Shown here: piece by piece, positions 43,301 to 50,591 of the stretch
Numbering within the stretch: position 1 is the first letter of the stretch
Layout of the letters: each line of letters starts with the position of its first letter
From: a virus
Taxonomy: Duplodnaviria > Caudoviricetes
DNA: 64,000 bases
Virus record (IMG/VR): IMGVR_UViG_3300022601_000013
Strand: one strand, 5' to 3'
Notes under the pieces: model-generated
The model's input: only the letters and a program-made list of their open reading frames with translations
Told to the model about the DNA's origin: nothing
Database searches by the model: none
Made by a program: the position numbers and the translations under genes

Positions 43301-44050
43301 AATATTAAGCAACAGTGGCAAGATATTATTGATTTAATGGTTAAAGCTGCTAATGTTGATATTAGTAATCAAAAAGTTGACAATCAAACTCATGTTGCCG
43401 CTGAAAAGAAACAGCAACCTACAAAACAAACTACTACTACACAACAATCACAATCAACTTCTGCAAAATCTGCTCAACCAAGCACATCTGCAGGAAGTAC
43501 AATTACAGTAAAATCTACAGCAACACATTTTGCTACAGGTCAGCGTATGGCAAGTTTTGTTCCTGGCGGTAGTTATACCGTATATCAGGATAATGGTGAC
43601 AGAGTTCTGATTGGTAGAAATGGTGCTTATACTGGCTGGATTTACAAAAAAGATATTCAAGGATATGCGTCAGGCACAACTGGTGTAAAGAATAATCAAC
43701 TTGCATTGATTGATGAACTCGGTGAGGAGTTAGTTATGCATGCAGATGGAAATGGAAAGCTTACTTTCTTGTCAAAAGGAAGCTCGGTAATTCCACATGA
43801 CATTTCTGAAAACTTAATGAAGATTGGCTCAATTGACCCTCAAGAAGTTTTAGACAGAAATAGAGCATCTATCAGCATTGCACCAAGTGTTGCAAACAAT
43901 AATGTAAATATAAACATTAGTTATGGAGATATTTTACATATTGATAAGTTTGATGGAAACAATCCTGAAGACATAGCTAAACTCGTTGAGGCACGATTTA
44001 ATGAACACACTAAGAGCTTAAACAACTCGTTGAAAAAGTATGTAAGATAA
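28340..44050 (+). CDS. giant tape measure protein (5236 aa) with N-terminal cargo domains and C-terminal SH3-like domain
   Basis: TMP core at ~36340-37260 (EIDLAMTELKKV, FARLG, VGTALKTLSLRIRG, AGKRQAN); LVGELGPE and GYASGT...DELGEEL motifs; long coiled coils. Confidence 0.9.
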   Translation: MGKYDDAIGGGKIILSVEEILNEESAKAVDNSIKKQKAEIEKPVTINISTLQARKELAKLEKYIERIKHSPRHTVNTDEFVNIAKTLKGSGKFTKELEHLTKDISVKINGAVVNGIDDMIAAYEKGATKIGKIKFTPPAPTFSQEYIDKAEKDYKGHMIKLVGISRKLNKAMSENASFNEIADLKNIAEAEKESMQELAVVLKNNNDLITEGAKAVKQYRDAVKQLDDMKVGDQVVSEPKSVTATKEQIKALTQLKKEAAATSKAFYEADSKLHDVIEQERKLKNTYGEITDYIEKVNEISTKRQNVSLEDLPAAKLKKQHKEYVDVIGNILKEVIAAGGSGYRTKPTEYSAYRHYLESVDDYNKHTNQELNDMLSRVMSEIRKVYTDTITALTNADKNQTGLEREAVLKKRALAKQHADATLDYNTSADKSSEATRKLYDYEKELEELGINVKALSEQIEKSLVEAKKPNKKIEKKDNEEAIIKRFNKLMTDIGATGSRIDKENKINSSWNVRDMVAEAEAQHKLRYSLSPSALGITDKDELKTFNSEKGKIERFIKAFEPLISQLTTTENHNSKYDNTTEVNQKKQLDTIIQKNSATKENVEAIKQETEAHKANTKAVEAEKNTKESITDNKTATANLSDDKNKIDVTPVRNVSEIQKDIDDTKNVLKIQQGWIDIFGKYLEEDYMKSSGKKEATEKLRNAVKRLITYRSDPRQYEWQAYAQEKYELNAAIAYKQAEKIGVSDKTLTTYRTDAIDPYTFNKNMDTVKRVVDEHLDIISKQTQKLEQLQAELISVKEKEIKTTDQPTKSKIKYYEIDENAARISKQMRSFDDYKEGSATASYKAAIDKIAKVVEDKKTQFPEKSEQLDKLFDRYAKNLATYINKDNQIGARYPSVMISGAGNYNVKKHDKQLASWGKNYQFYEDKVLALENQIRTLGGGAEVIRGDEENALEKLEAKVEYLKYWHQVMVDVNKYYRKNKSLEGFDGADTDELERIQKDLADMQKFGRLDVPYPQFTLANDNQNIKRLEGRIAELKKLKSENSSSNNLQEENDIYKLWVDKQDMRIRISFEIGKPEQEIIDMLKGKAFKWSPKNQAWQRQLTNNAVYDTKQLKTSLNEFYGIETQAQPNTTVAEVQPKAQDELVKKEKEHTTALMERTNAANEFAQINKEIILQHQKSEPFMQRYGEITQDILNGNVALEEANKQLNSFVSTLSEVPEEKLKLIANPKNNQEKIYNALISGNELEQSKKGIVNGYSAEDRTLIAKAITEGLQQGLKEINIKLGNGGELAIPSNAEIASTILSKLGFTTKTDPLTDFVQKQFKKSNIVGVASSGDDHYVSDSSKFYKVPRSINKSDLNNDDVQIRTLESILNYVNMFSEATEKLPANVKEFRYKIGSGTKAKSKSMYLFKTEDGKYIALDKSSFDDVKKVSSDIMYNPKLFDKNGTYTGAVYGVNNDRALTSGLLPISSKNAEDNYKKGIPVSKSVTETNKKPLDLLSIPVKAIEAENKALDKQAEKTENIIENNKKLTSSYEGLVEAVEQYVNTSKKLWDAYDNKKETNELTKERNTAIDKIKTFFPVDNTNGISANLTQSGYEMNLQDGNVSREFANKGAEFTLQHIESSIKASEIELEQLKEKTEAEEKLAQNIEKTTEAKKKQQKVIKETPVVNEAPKEQTNVVKESVKIAEKELETKKEQLKVEKEITAEETKRVKTKKTTKTKTQINLDEEGNNEDERVDIIQQTVDKALERLRNAENNIVPKLNIDLSKVETQGDLQYQIGNLVQSSLNADLSVGSVNIDHDIAKISLYNKELGLVTQQMWQLKQVEDSLQLEFLDASKLNVNFEQAEKYAIAQQKAIDSAENWLINANKRLNTQKRNYQKSQKKIAGSTELIDVDATTLEAQADKTIDSLVAHIQDRINSNMGKTVSEGLKNQIVKDLNALENEIKIRQLEQYTSTTMSASEAESARQVIINTIDSIAANAKRKNVFDQIKESYESLRSRLTDSSIEGYISTNFTDAINEMRVLRADLSKNSAEEQNLKNLIALQEKLYEAKKKAAVFDISGESNTSGGMKAHRIVEELQQQYNESVKVLKIEEQRNTITARQQKLQEELNKFNSEQRSKQQETKDKEQETANKAKQEQPIMQTYASLFDITKNINSINEQIMKYQDKNDGSQMFANYISNLKLQRQELEVELNTIVNDLSNFYANGYIQGNQKINPIPSKLIDGESYNSISSFLNDIKTQAVLSEKEINDLLNSFQKMKDMDISGGNKIADIIKPVFETSNRLDGIQGLKPEKTAPLAGISDTIKAYVGKIKSGEMSWDSDEIPYLKQLIEMYVKYGNTLADTAEKEQKYFANKQKYTSGMKLSDVTNVNTENEKAYSDMRKKLEDTARKMAEESGKGQIFTTGFSQGADGIAKLDFSVFDSATKSLQNFRLEMGNVTNNMSVTETTVSKSLRNINAARKQLESSSNLLGILSSSGVNVGDGATKSVSKLVTQISLLDTEMSKGDKADQSKIAMYTKQLGIMSSEIDKAYKQMLKMEDGISSGTLKNRGVIDTNSNVYTQAKQQIESYAQTIPNATVSIGAFNEQTGKIPFTINVANQEIRKCEAQINSLNGQMTIQEKSVNQLKTNITQAAGAYDRFKGSLASVGKQLVTAVIGYNAFYKVISMFRTGVGYVKEIDLAMTELKKVTNETSETYDKFLNNAYKSAGQVGATISDFVQASANFARLGYDLDQTSDMAQTAIVYKNVADGLNSIDDATESIVSTMKAFNVEADATMTIADKFNEVGNSYAITSAGIGEALKRSASSLAAAGNTLDESIALVTGANAVVQNPEVVGTALKTLSLRIRGVKTELEEAGLDAENMAETTATLHEKLLALSHGKVDILKNADEFESTTEILRQLASAWEDMTDMEQAAAIELVAGKRQANVVSSLMTNFDIVEDAIQTSMKSEGSALKENQKYLNSIQGKTEALTRSTQELWNELISSEVIKYFIDVTQGVVDFANAFGPLKTTLAAVLTYFMAFKKVNPLLTIQGFINQMSAYGNASTSLSSLTGSIGVSNLGTAEIATYAAAVQNLTYQKQAAILATNGLNQATIKEILLENKATEADIQSAMTQSIVTRQKQADTAVNTALTISTEMASNAKLSEAASNFLLANTGKELTNQMLAEAVGRGAITKATKTEIAAKFGLIGVNTGVATSIKGIGTAIRLAISSNPIGFILAVVSTIAMAIPLFDRFSQSAEELAQEMEQVKDAYKQVSDEINSNISKITDVEDEFNRLSKGVSDLGENISLSADDYARYQEIVQELVGISPSLISGYDKEGKAIANKNSLIERSIELMEREQQLEAKKLTTGDTGKNVLKDIKDRYNKTAGKKSSETHDFTINYSASLNDEVWKHVGKNGFGTPTIIEEIIGEDTYGGDVVAFARAEYEKVIDDLRNENSVIEKYLGTEYANTLRERVAEYEDSMKIFDAELSKIKSEYNEQLSNTLLGSDEYWDLNSDMRGYAQSYVLNLDVNTENINEKEKEVEEFVKFLSEHQDDFSDTFEKGYDAISKTDEKGIAISYKKYIKNVEDFKKELQDNTVYNDEQKNWILSTLGFDTIDEDLEKKVDKIRNTLITDIAGPTHKSVVGPSNDTVDKQIEIGNFINSLSTQDLEIFYTISASPNSMTFDEIIAAIQKVKDSTGVGVIGIETQSSIVEQFEKHKEILTQTQEIFMDNVAVTEEYKTALTELGISATELNECFYEANPLVVKNAEKLKELIKNTKNNTANNTKLAKSQAMLKYTKLQKQTQDLAKRYKTLTSAEKSQLKAMYEEMSVLQKNIAKYSLLEHQLLGTANAYEEFANAQEIDSSNTYTEQAQDMANALAEAFNSAKLGTESAQAAIKGLVPESVYKDIDILDDKMQAIYDYFNGGTLSKYITIEYNDDDHSIERVEITMENMKKFFEDGKTNGVFTGTWDEFDLDPTINSLDQLAEKMNVTKEVAFAVMQEMEKYDINWLGGDFTTLLDRLSPDFNSLENEIYKTSTAMAELEQEFINGTVSEEEYGEQVQKLSVQMSDLNEAAKEKALSYIELNKEITDVTTELQNARKELNKDPENEEALNTVKELSEKYKELAIRKAELGNLSELEMAQALEAASINADNLNDSLREVDGNIETTIEGLEKTYGIIANINSDGGIELSMSGSMSTELQEQLKGIGALKDDGTIDISLFYNTLNDEQKKQFDSLNELTGKKNLIEYAMSMDGEDAVQEALDGILQVLTNIFEQLQQHPSLTINTSSAKTNVDSVLTSLKDIVNGTWDKSVTITRTIKDRVSSIFGSGQANGNANVKGNAYVNGKFGAPKTEESLVGELGPEMRVRGNRWELLGENGAEFTEVKKDDIIFNHKQTKQLLENGHINSRGKAYASGTAYAGINTWVSGYHDTSGSGNGDSSSSDDAKDEFKEVFDWFEVKLEEINELLDLWAAQLENIVDISGKGAKIDSIIDQNKYKLDILAQGLKLYENYTNQLLTDIPAQYREAAKNGKIAIETFAGDAGEKTLEAINNYRDWAQKVADVKQQMEELTQTIADLAKQKFDIIDEGYGNKITLMELQIDRLKDSVQLIEDKGNIAASQYYDAMTNITNDRISKLQEEHKLLQKSLDESVEAGDIAKYSDRWYEMVEAIYTVDQEIMECTSDLEEFQNAINEIHWNNFDELVNRLEYLQSETDSLIDLMEQTGEIIDYPKDNEYWGAKDVAWSKEGITSLGLYAQKMEIAEYTSEQYAKAIDNLNKDYKAGKYSVSEYQEKLDELKQAQYDSIKTYYDAQDAIVDLNKTRVDAIKDGINKEIEAYEKLINKKKEELSVEKDMYDFQKDIAEKQKDISAIERKISALSMDNSASAVAQRKKLEAELAEAKNTLDETYYDRSITDQQNALDKELESFKEQKDAEIEKWEEYLEDVQKVVADSLGIVQTNAIGVYDTLSEKASEYNLTLSNSITTPWKDGMNAVSSYQETFNTASSSTYEQLGNIKQQWQDIIDLMVKAANVDISNQKVDNQTHVAAEKKQQPTKQTTTTQQSQSTSAKSAQPSTSAGSTITVKSTATHFATGQRMASFVPGGSYTVYQDNGDRVLIGRNGAYTGWIYKKDIQGYASGTTGVKNNQLALIDELGEELVMHADGNGKLTFLSKGSSVIPHDISENLMKIGSIDPQEVLDRNRASISIAPSVANNNVNINISYGDILHIDKFDGNNPEDIAKLVEARFNEHTKSLNNSLKKYVR

Positions 44051-44058
44051 ATTTATAT

Positions 44059-44094
44059 TATTAAGAGGGGAAATCTCCCCTCTTAATAGTTTTT
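44059..44094 (+). terminator. intrinsic terminator after TMP
   Basis: TATTAAGAGGGGA/TCCCCTCTTAATA followed by GTTTTT. Confidence 0.75.
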
Positions 44095-44114
44095 ATAGAA
44101 AGGTGTGATATTTT

Positions 44115-45077
44115 ATGAGCAGCTACCACTCAAGTTTTACTTATCTTGGGAAAAATTCTATGGAAGATTACGGCTTGATTATAACGCATTTAGATAATTA
44201 TGATAATGGCGAAGTAGATAGTTTTTTATCATTAGACCCAGTTTATCGTGATTCTTATAGGGGAACAAAAAGAACATTATATGGAACAAAATACAACAGT
44301 GTAATTTTATTAAACATTACAGTTATAAATATGGACAAAAGCGAATTTACACCAGAACAAACTCGTTCTGTTAATAGATGGCTAACTGGCTCGCAGCAAT
44401 ATACGTGGATGGATTTATATCAAGGTGAAGAAGCACAATATAGATTGCATTGCTATGTAAAAGATGTTAAGCCGTACAAAATGGATTCTCGTATTATAGG
44501 ATTTAATATTTATATAGAATCAAGCTCTCCGTGGTGTTATAGTCAGCCACAAAAAGAAACAATTCAGATTGCTGGTACAACAACATTTGAATTACAATGT
44601 GAAACTGATGATGTTTATAGTTATGTCCCTTTGAGAGCTATATTTAAAAAAAGCACAGCTGCAACTGTATCTGGCAATGGTGACGTGGTAACTGTTAACT
44701 CTGCGTCATTGGTGTATGATGAACCTCAAGATGTTGTTAAGCTTACAGATGGAGAGGTTATATACAATCCAAGTACTGGATATATAACTATAGAAAATAA
44801 TGCATTAAAAATTATAAACAAATCAATAAGCAACGAAACTACAATTGTAAACAATTTATTAGGCGGTGAGATTGTTACTTTAACAGAAAATATGACAATA
44901 CAATCTGATAATAATAATCGTATTTTTGGAGATGATTTCAATTATACATGGCCAAGAATGAGACACGGTGTAAATGAATTTGAAGTGTCAGGAGATGGAG
45001 ATTTAACATTTGAGTATATCGTTCCAATTAAAGTTGTGGATTGTGTTGATAAATATGTTGATAACAATTGCGAATAA
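44115..45077 (+). CDS. distal tail protein (Dit)
   Basis: FTYLGKNSMEDYGL, RWLTG, SSPW, WPRM..GVNEF; follows TMP. Confidence 0.75.
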   Translation: MSSYHSSFTYLGKNSMEDYGLIITHLDNYDNGEVDSFLSLDPVYRDSYRGTKRTLYGTKYNSVILLNITVINMDKSEFTPEQTRSVNRWLTGSQQYTWMDLYQGEEAQYRLHCYVKDVKPYKMDSRIIGFNIYIESSSPWCYSQPQKETIQIAGTTTFELQCETDDVYSYVPLRAIFKKSTAATVSGNGDVVTVNSASLVYDEPQDVVKLTDGEVIYNPSTGYITIENNALKIINKSISNETTIVNNLLGGEIVTLTENMTIQSDNNNRIFGDDFNYTWPRMRHGVNEFEVSGDGDLTFEYIVPIKVVDCVDKYVDNNCE

Positions 45078-45119
45078 ACAATTAATAACAAATTAATATT
45101 TTAGTTAGGAGGGTGTTAA

Positions 45120-48100
45120 ATGAAACTACCTCGTGATTTATTATCTGGGAAATATATAGCTCCCAGATTTTTTTTATGCGAAACAGATAAAACAAAAATA
45201 TGTCAGTTAGACGTATATAATGCTAACGGCACATTCAAATTTAATTCTTTGTCAGAAATTTCATTTAAAGTTGATAGAACATATAATGATTTTTTGGAAG
45301 GACAAAATAAAGTAAATCCATTTTATAACAAAATAGAAGCACTAAGATTAATTTTTGTAGAGGGTTTTGGGTATTTTGAAATACAAGGGCCAAAAGTATC
45401 GAGTGACGGTATACAAGAAACAAAAGAAATTACAGCATATTCATTAGAGTATACGTTGTCGCAAAAATATCTGTCAAACTTTTATATAAATACTGGAGAA
45501 ATCGGATCTGTTGAAGTAACTTATTCAGAGGAGCATAATACTGGTATAATTCCAGTTACATTATATAATCCTACAATGCCTCAATTAAGTTTGTTAAATT
45601 TAATTTTAGAAAAAGTATACGGTTGGTCAATAGGTCATGTTGATGAGCAATTGAAAACACTTGGTAGAACATTTGAGGTGGATAGGCAATCCATATATGA
45701 TTTTATTATGAATGAAATATGCAGCAAGTTTAACTGCTATGTTGTATTTGATACTATAAATAATACAATAAATTTTTACGCAGAATCTTCTGTTGCCAAA
45801 TTTATTGGAGATGGAGATACAAATACTTTTATTATTTCTCCTCCATTCTATGATGTAGATACTGTTTCTATAGATGGATATAAAACAACGCAATGGAGCT
45901 ACAATGCATCAACTGGTGCTATAACATTTATAAATACTCCATCAGAAGGCTCGCATATTGAAGTTGTAGATAAATCTTTAAAACCTTGGGAAACAGATGT
46001 ATGTGTATCATTTGAAAATCTTTCGGACACGATAGACATATCTTATGACGCAGATGATATAAAAACTGTATTAACAGTAACATATGGAGAAGATAATGAT
46101 ATACGAGAAGCAAATCTTGGTCTGCCATATTTAACTGATATTTCTTATTATTATACAGTTGATTGGATGGGGCAAGAGTTATATGATGCCTATACATTGT
46201 ATTTACAAAAAAGTAACGCTGCTCAATTAACATACACAAAAAACTCAGAAATGATGCAAGACCTTGCAGGATATATTGATTTTGAACAACACAGATTGTC
46301 TTTAGGTTATGCAATTTCTCAAGTTAGTAGTACAACAGTAGGAACGTATTATGTTAAAGGTGGTATTGAGCCACAATATTATTATACAGAAGTATCTTTA
46401 CCATCAGATTATAATGCTAATTTAGAATATTATAGAATTGACACGGCAAATCTTTCAGAAACAAAAGTATCAGATTTATATAATGTTTTTAAAGAATATT
46501 TTTCTGCAGGAACAAACACTGAACTTGAGAAAAAATGGTTAGATGACTATAACGCACTTGCTAATGATTTTAAATTTATGGAAAGTAATTTTGAAGCATT
46601 AAAAGGTGCATTAGTATCTGTACTTCCTAATAACAGAACAAATAATAGAACGGTAGAAGCAGCTATGTCATCATTTTTAAACATAATGTGGAATGAGGTT
46701 GGGAAAGAACCATTAAAATCTTTATACTATGAAACATACAAAAAGGTTCAGGTAACAAACTTGGATGCTGGATGGTCGAATCAAACCAATGAAAACTATC
46801 CTAATTATTATCCAGTTACAATTATGTTAAAGTCAATAGAAAAAGCAATACAGGATAGAGATTTATTAATATCAGAATACCAAAACCAATATAATGATGT
46901 TCAACAAGAAAATATTGAAATATCAAACAGTTTATTATTAAGCAACAACTTTACAGAAAAACAATTAGTAAGATTGAACTCTTTTTTAAGAGAGGACGAA
47001 TTAAAGGTTGAAGATATTGTTGAAACAGAATTAGACAACATATTAGATACATTTAAAAATAAACAACACGCAATGGAAGCTGGTAGAATAGAATTACAAA
47101 AAATATCAGAACCAAAACTGAGCTTTTCTATGACAATGGCAAACATTTATGCTATTCCAGAGTTTGAACCAATTATACATCAGTTCCAGCTTGGAAATGT
47201 TGTAAAGGTTAAACTAAGAGATGATTATATAAAACAATCAAGATTATTACAAGTTGATATTAATTTTGATAATTTGGATGATTTTTCTGCAACTTTTGGA
47301 GACCTTACAAATCTTAGAACACAATCTGATATACACGCAGACTTATTAGCAAGTGCTATAAATGCTGGTAAACAAGTCGCTACCAACTCATCTTACTGGA
47401 CTAAAGGTACAGATAAGGCAAATTCGATTGACTTAAGGTTACAACAAGGCTTGTTAGATACTGTTGAAGCTCTTAAGGCAACAGACGGAACACAAAACTC
47501 TTATATAGATAAATATGGATTGCACTTAGAGTCAGTAGACCCATCAACTGGAGAAGTTAGTCCTAAAAAAGTATGGATGGTAAATGATAAGATTGTTTTT
47601 ACTGATGATGATTTTAGAACATCAAAATCAGTTCTTGGCGAGTATACGATTGATGGAGAAAGCCGTTGGGGACTTATAACTGAATATGTAAATGCTGGTC
47701 TTGTAGAAGGCTCAAAAATGATTGGCGGTACTATTAAAATTGGCGAACAGGCTGATGGCTCGTTTGCTTTTGAGGTACATGAAGATGGTTCTGTTACTAT
47801 GGGAGCAGGAGATCTCGATGGGTATGTTACACAGGATGAGTTTAATTCTGTAGCCGAATTCGAAAAGAGTCTTGGTCAGTATTTAAAATTTGATCCAACG
47901 ACTGGATTAAAAATAGGACAAGATGATGAAAAGTTTTATGTGCTTATAACCGCTGGTGAAATGGGGTTTTACGACAATAGTAATTCAACAAAGCCAAACG
48001 ATAAGGTTGTATCTATTGGTAGTAATTCTGCTACTATTAAAGATCTAAAAGTAGAAGATGAAGCTTCTTTTAATTGCCCTACGTCGTTTGGAGATGAAAT

Positions 48101-48170
48101 AAAACTTTTTGGAAATTTTGTTTTAAAAAAAGAAGATGACGGTGGTATGTCATTAATTATTGCTAAATAA
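45120..48170 (+). CDS. tail-associated (Tal/baseplate hub) protein
   Basis: Follows Dit; SEISF, WSIGHVD, FQLGNVV motifs of phage tail endopeptidase-like hubs. Confidence 0.75.
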   Translation: MKLPRDLLSGKYIAPRFFLCETDKTKICQLDVYNANGTFKFNSLSEISFKVDRTYNDFLEGQNKVNPFYNKIEALRLIFVEGFGYFEIQGPKVSSDGIQETKEITAYSLEYTLSQKYLSNFYINTGEIGSVEVTYSEEHNTGIIPVTLYNPTMPQLSLLNLILEKVYGWSIGHVDEQLKTLGRTFEVDRQSIYDFIMNEICSKFNCYVVFDTINNTINFYAESSVAKFIGDGDTNTFIISPPFYDVDTVSIDGYKTTQWSYNASTGAITFINTPSEGSHIEVVDKSLKPWETDVCVSFENLSDTIDISYDADDIKTVLTVTYGEDNDIREANLGLPYLTDISYYYTVDWMGQELYDAYTLYLQKSNAAQLTYTKNSEMMQDLAGYIDFEQHRLSLGYAISQVSSTTVGTYYVKGGIEPQYYYTEVSLPSDYNANLEYYRIDTANLSETKVSDLYNVFKEYFSAGTNTELEKKWLDDYNALANDFKFMESNFEALKGALVSVLPNNRTNNRTVEAAMSSFLNIMWNEVGKEPLKSLYYETYKKVQVTNLDAGWSNQTNENYPNYYPVTIMLKSIEKAIQDRDLLISEYQNQYNDVQQENIEISNSLLLSNNFTEKQLVRLNSFLREDELKVEDIVETELDNILDTFKNKQHAMEAGRIELQKISEPKLSFSMTMANIYAIPEFEPIIHQFQLGNVVKVKLRDDYIKQSRLLQVDINFDNLDDFSATFGDLTNLRTQSDIHADLLASAINAGKQVATNSSYWTKGTDKANSIDLRLQQGLLDTVEALKATDGTQNSYIDKYGLHLESVDPSTGEVSPKKVWMVNDKIVFTDDDFRTSKSVLGEYTIDGESRWGLITEYVNAGLVEGSKMIGGTIKIGEQADGSFAFEVHEDGSVTMGAGDLDGYVTQDEFNSVAEFEKSLGQYLKFDPTTGLKIGQDDEKFYVLITAGEMGFYDNSNSTKPNDKVVSIGSNSATIKDLKVEDEASFNCPTSFGDEIKLFGNFVLKKEDDGGMSLIIAK

Positions 48171-48186
48171 AAAAGGGGGTAAATAT

Positions 48187-50286
48187 ATGGCATTAAGCGG
48201 AACGTTTTCTAATAAATGGAAAGGATATACATATCAAATTAGTTGGTCTGCAACGCAAAGTGCTGCCAATAATACCAGTACAATTACGTGTGTACACAGA
48301 TTAATTTGTGATTCTACATGGGCATTATATATTGATGGAAGAACTATAACTTGTACTGTTAACTCTGTAAGTAAAACTGTTTCAGCAAGTGCTGTTAGTA
48401 CAGGTGGTGGTTCTACCATAAATCTGGGAACTACTACACATACAGTAACTCATGCATCAAATGGTACTGGTAGTTTTTCTTTAAGCAGTGTGTACCCAAT
48501 ACAGGCAACAATACAGGGTACATATCAAGCGAGCATTTCTGTATCTGGTAGTGCAACACTTAATACGATACCACGAAGCTCAAGTATGACTTTTCCTGAG
48601 TTTACAATGGGGTCTGCGAGCACTATGACAATTAGCGGAGTATCAGGTTTTACTCATACAATTACATATGCTTTTGGAAACAAATCTGGCACTATTGTTA
48701 CCAAAACTTCTAATACAAGTGTAAGCTGGACTCCTCCATTAAATGACTTAGCAGGACAGATTCCAAATAGTACGAGAGGGGCTGGTACATTAACTTTAAT
48801 CACATATTCTGGAAATACAGAAATTGGTAGAAGAAACTATACATTTTATTGTAATGTGCCAAGTAGTGTTGTTCCAACAGTAGGGACAATTACATTAACT
48901 CCAGACACTATTAATGGCAATAAAATATTAGTACAAAATAAAAATAAACTAACTATTAGTGTTGCAGGATCTTCTGCTGGTACAGGTAGTACTATAAAAT
49001 CATATACGTTTACTGGTGCTGGAATATCTACAACTACAACAAGCTCAACCGCAGTTATAAATTCAGTATCAAGTAGTGGAACTTTGACATATACAGTAAA
49101 TGTAACAGATTCAAGAGGCAGAACGGCATCTAAAACATCAACAGTAACATGTTATGGATATAATGTACCATCTTTTAGTACTTTTGAAATTAGTAGAGAT
49201 AGTAGTAATAATATTAAATGTAATTACAAAGTATCATACTCATCTGTTAACAACACTAATAAGATTACAGTAAAATTTTATTATAAAAAAGCATCAAGTA
49301 GTAGTTGGACTGCAGTCACAACTACTTTAGCTGACGCTGAAAAAACTGGATATACAATATTGTCAAATGCAAGCGACGAAGTTTACAATGCATATGCCAC
49401 AGTAACTGATTCTTATGGTGCATCTATTTCTTCAAGCACACAAACTGTTTTTGGTAGTGCAAGAATTATTAATGTCCCTCAAGGTGGTAATGGCGTTTCC
49501 ATTGGAAGAAAGTCAACAATAACAAGCACCACTGCAGCAGGAAAGTTTGAGGTAGGTTGGGATGCAACTTTTGATAAAGATGTTAATATAGGCGAGAATG
49601 CAACTGTCAATGGTAACGCTACTATTAAAGGAACTGCAGCAATTACTGGCAACGTAACAATGAGTGGTATATTAACAACCACTGGTGCAGTTAATATAAA
49701 AAATAATATTAATATGGGTGGTCTTAACGGGCAGACAGGAGAACTACAAATAAAATTTTCTAATCCAGAAACATCTACAAACCCACACAACTCATATTTA
49801 TATGGTGGAAATCCTAAGAGTACAACTGCAATTGGATGTTATGATGGTAAATATGGTAGAACTATTTGGAGCTATAATGACACAAACAATACAATATCTT
49901 TTGGTAATGGTAGTACTAAAATATATTTTAATGGCAATGGTCTTTCAAATTTAATAATCGAAGATGGCTCGCAGGGAGATTGGCAGTATAGAAAATGGTC
50001 TAATGGTAGAGCAGAATGTTGGCGTGTTGTTAGCGTAAATCCAACAAATTTAAATAATGGTGTAAATACTATATCTATGGATCTTCCATTTACATTTGCT
50101 GGTTCGGATTATAGTATTCAAATTACTCCAGCTAAAACTGGACATTATATAAGTGGTGTAGGTGATTGTAACGCAAGTGGAAGTGTTACACATTCAAATA
50201 CTTCTTTTACGATTTGCTACAGATACAATTATAGTACTGCATATACTGTAAGTTTTAATATTACTATTAATGGCAGGTGGAAATAA
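48187..50286 (+). CDS. DUF859-like siphovirus minor tail / receptor-binding protein
   Basis: WSATQSAANNTS, LNTIPRSS, VTDSRGRT, WQYRKWSNGRAECW. Confidence 0.8.
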   Translation: MALSGTFSNKWKGYTYQISWSATQSAANNTSTITCVHRLICDSTWALYIDGRTITCTVNSVSKTVSASAVSTGGGSTINLGTTTHTVTHASNGTGSFSLSSVYPIQATIQGTYQASISVSGSATLNTIPRSSSMTFPEFTMGSASTMTISGVSGFTHTITYAFGNKSGTIVTKTSNTSVSWTPPLNDLAGQIPNSTRGAGTLTLITYSGNTEIGRRNYTFYCNVPSSVVPTVGTITLTPDTINGNKILVQNKNKLTISVAGSSAGTGSTIKSYTFTGAGISTTTTSSTAVINSVSSSGTLTYTVNVTDSRGRTASKTSTVTCYGYNVPSFSTFEISRDSSNNIKCNYKVSYSSVNNTNKITVKFYYKKASSSSWTAVTTTLADAEKTGYTILSNASDEVYNAYATVTDSYGASISSSTQTVFGSARIINVPQGGNGVSIGRKSTITSTTAAGKFEVGWDATFDKDVNIGENATVNGNATIKGTAAITGNVTMSGILTTTGAVNIKNNINMGGLNGQTGELQIKFSNPETSTNPHNSYLYGGNPKSTTAIGCYDGKYGRTIWSYNDTNNTISFGNGSTKIYFNGNGLSNLIIEDGSQGDWQYRKWSNGRAECWRVVSVNPTNLNNGVNTISMDLPFTFAGSDYSIQITPAKTGHYISGVGDCNASGSVTHSNTSFTICYRYNYSTAYTVSFNITINGRWK

Positions 50287-50289
50287 CTA

Positions 50290-50324
50290 AAGGGTTACGT
50301 TTGTTCGTAACCCTTATTTTTTTT
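50290..50324. terminator. terminator ending the late operon (likely bidirectional)
   Basis: AAGGGTTACG/CGTAACCCTT followed by a T run. Confidence 0.8.
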
Positions 50325-50457
50325 CAATATATTCCATTAGTATTTTGTTAACCAAACTATTGACTGTCCTGCCATCTTTTGTCGCCGCTATTTGTAATTG
50401 CAAATGCAAAGATATTGGAACTCTAATTGTCATTGTTTGTGTTGGCTCTTTTTTCAT
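50314..50457 (-). CDS. Arc/RHH-family DNA-binding protein (47 aa; not in ORF track)
   Basis: MKKEPTQTMTIRVPISLHLQLQIAATKDGRTVNSLVNKILMEYIEKK; GAGGTG RBS; own promoter. Confidence 0.8.
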   Translation of the reverse strand: MKKEPTQTMTIRVPISLHLQLQIAATKDGRTVNSLVNKILMEYIEKK

Positions 50458-50474
50458 AATATCACCTCTGCTTT

Positions 50475-50503
50475 ATTATAATATAAAAATTTTCTTTAGT
50501 CAA
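50475..50503 (-). promoter_or_regulatory. sigma-A promoter for the RHH gene
   Basis: TTGACT-N17-TATAAT on the minus strand. Confidence 0.75.
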
Positions 50504-50508
50504 AAGTG

Positions 50509-50537
50509 TTGACATTGAACACAAATGATATTATGAT
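50509..50537 (+). promoter_or_regulatory. sigma-A promoter for tubR-tubZ
   Basis: TTGACA-N17-TATGAT; back-to-back with the RHH promoter. Confidence 0.75.
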
Positions 50538-50575
50538 TATAATAGAAAACGAACACAAACGAATGCAATTGAAAG
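50516..50575 (+). repeat. 10-bp direct repeats (yGAAcacAA), candidate tubC/TubR operator
   Basis: TGAACACAAA 50516, CGAACACAAA 50550, CGAATGCAAT 50560. Confidence 0.4.
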
Positions 50576-50591
50576 AAGGGGAGTGGTCATA

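Noticed and set aside
28324-43660. Many short antisense ORFs inside the TMP and other long genes
   Set aside because: Shadow ORFs from codon bias (Ser/Phe/Leu-rich); no RBS or recognisable motifs
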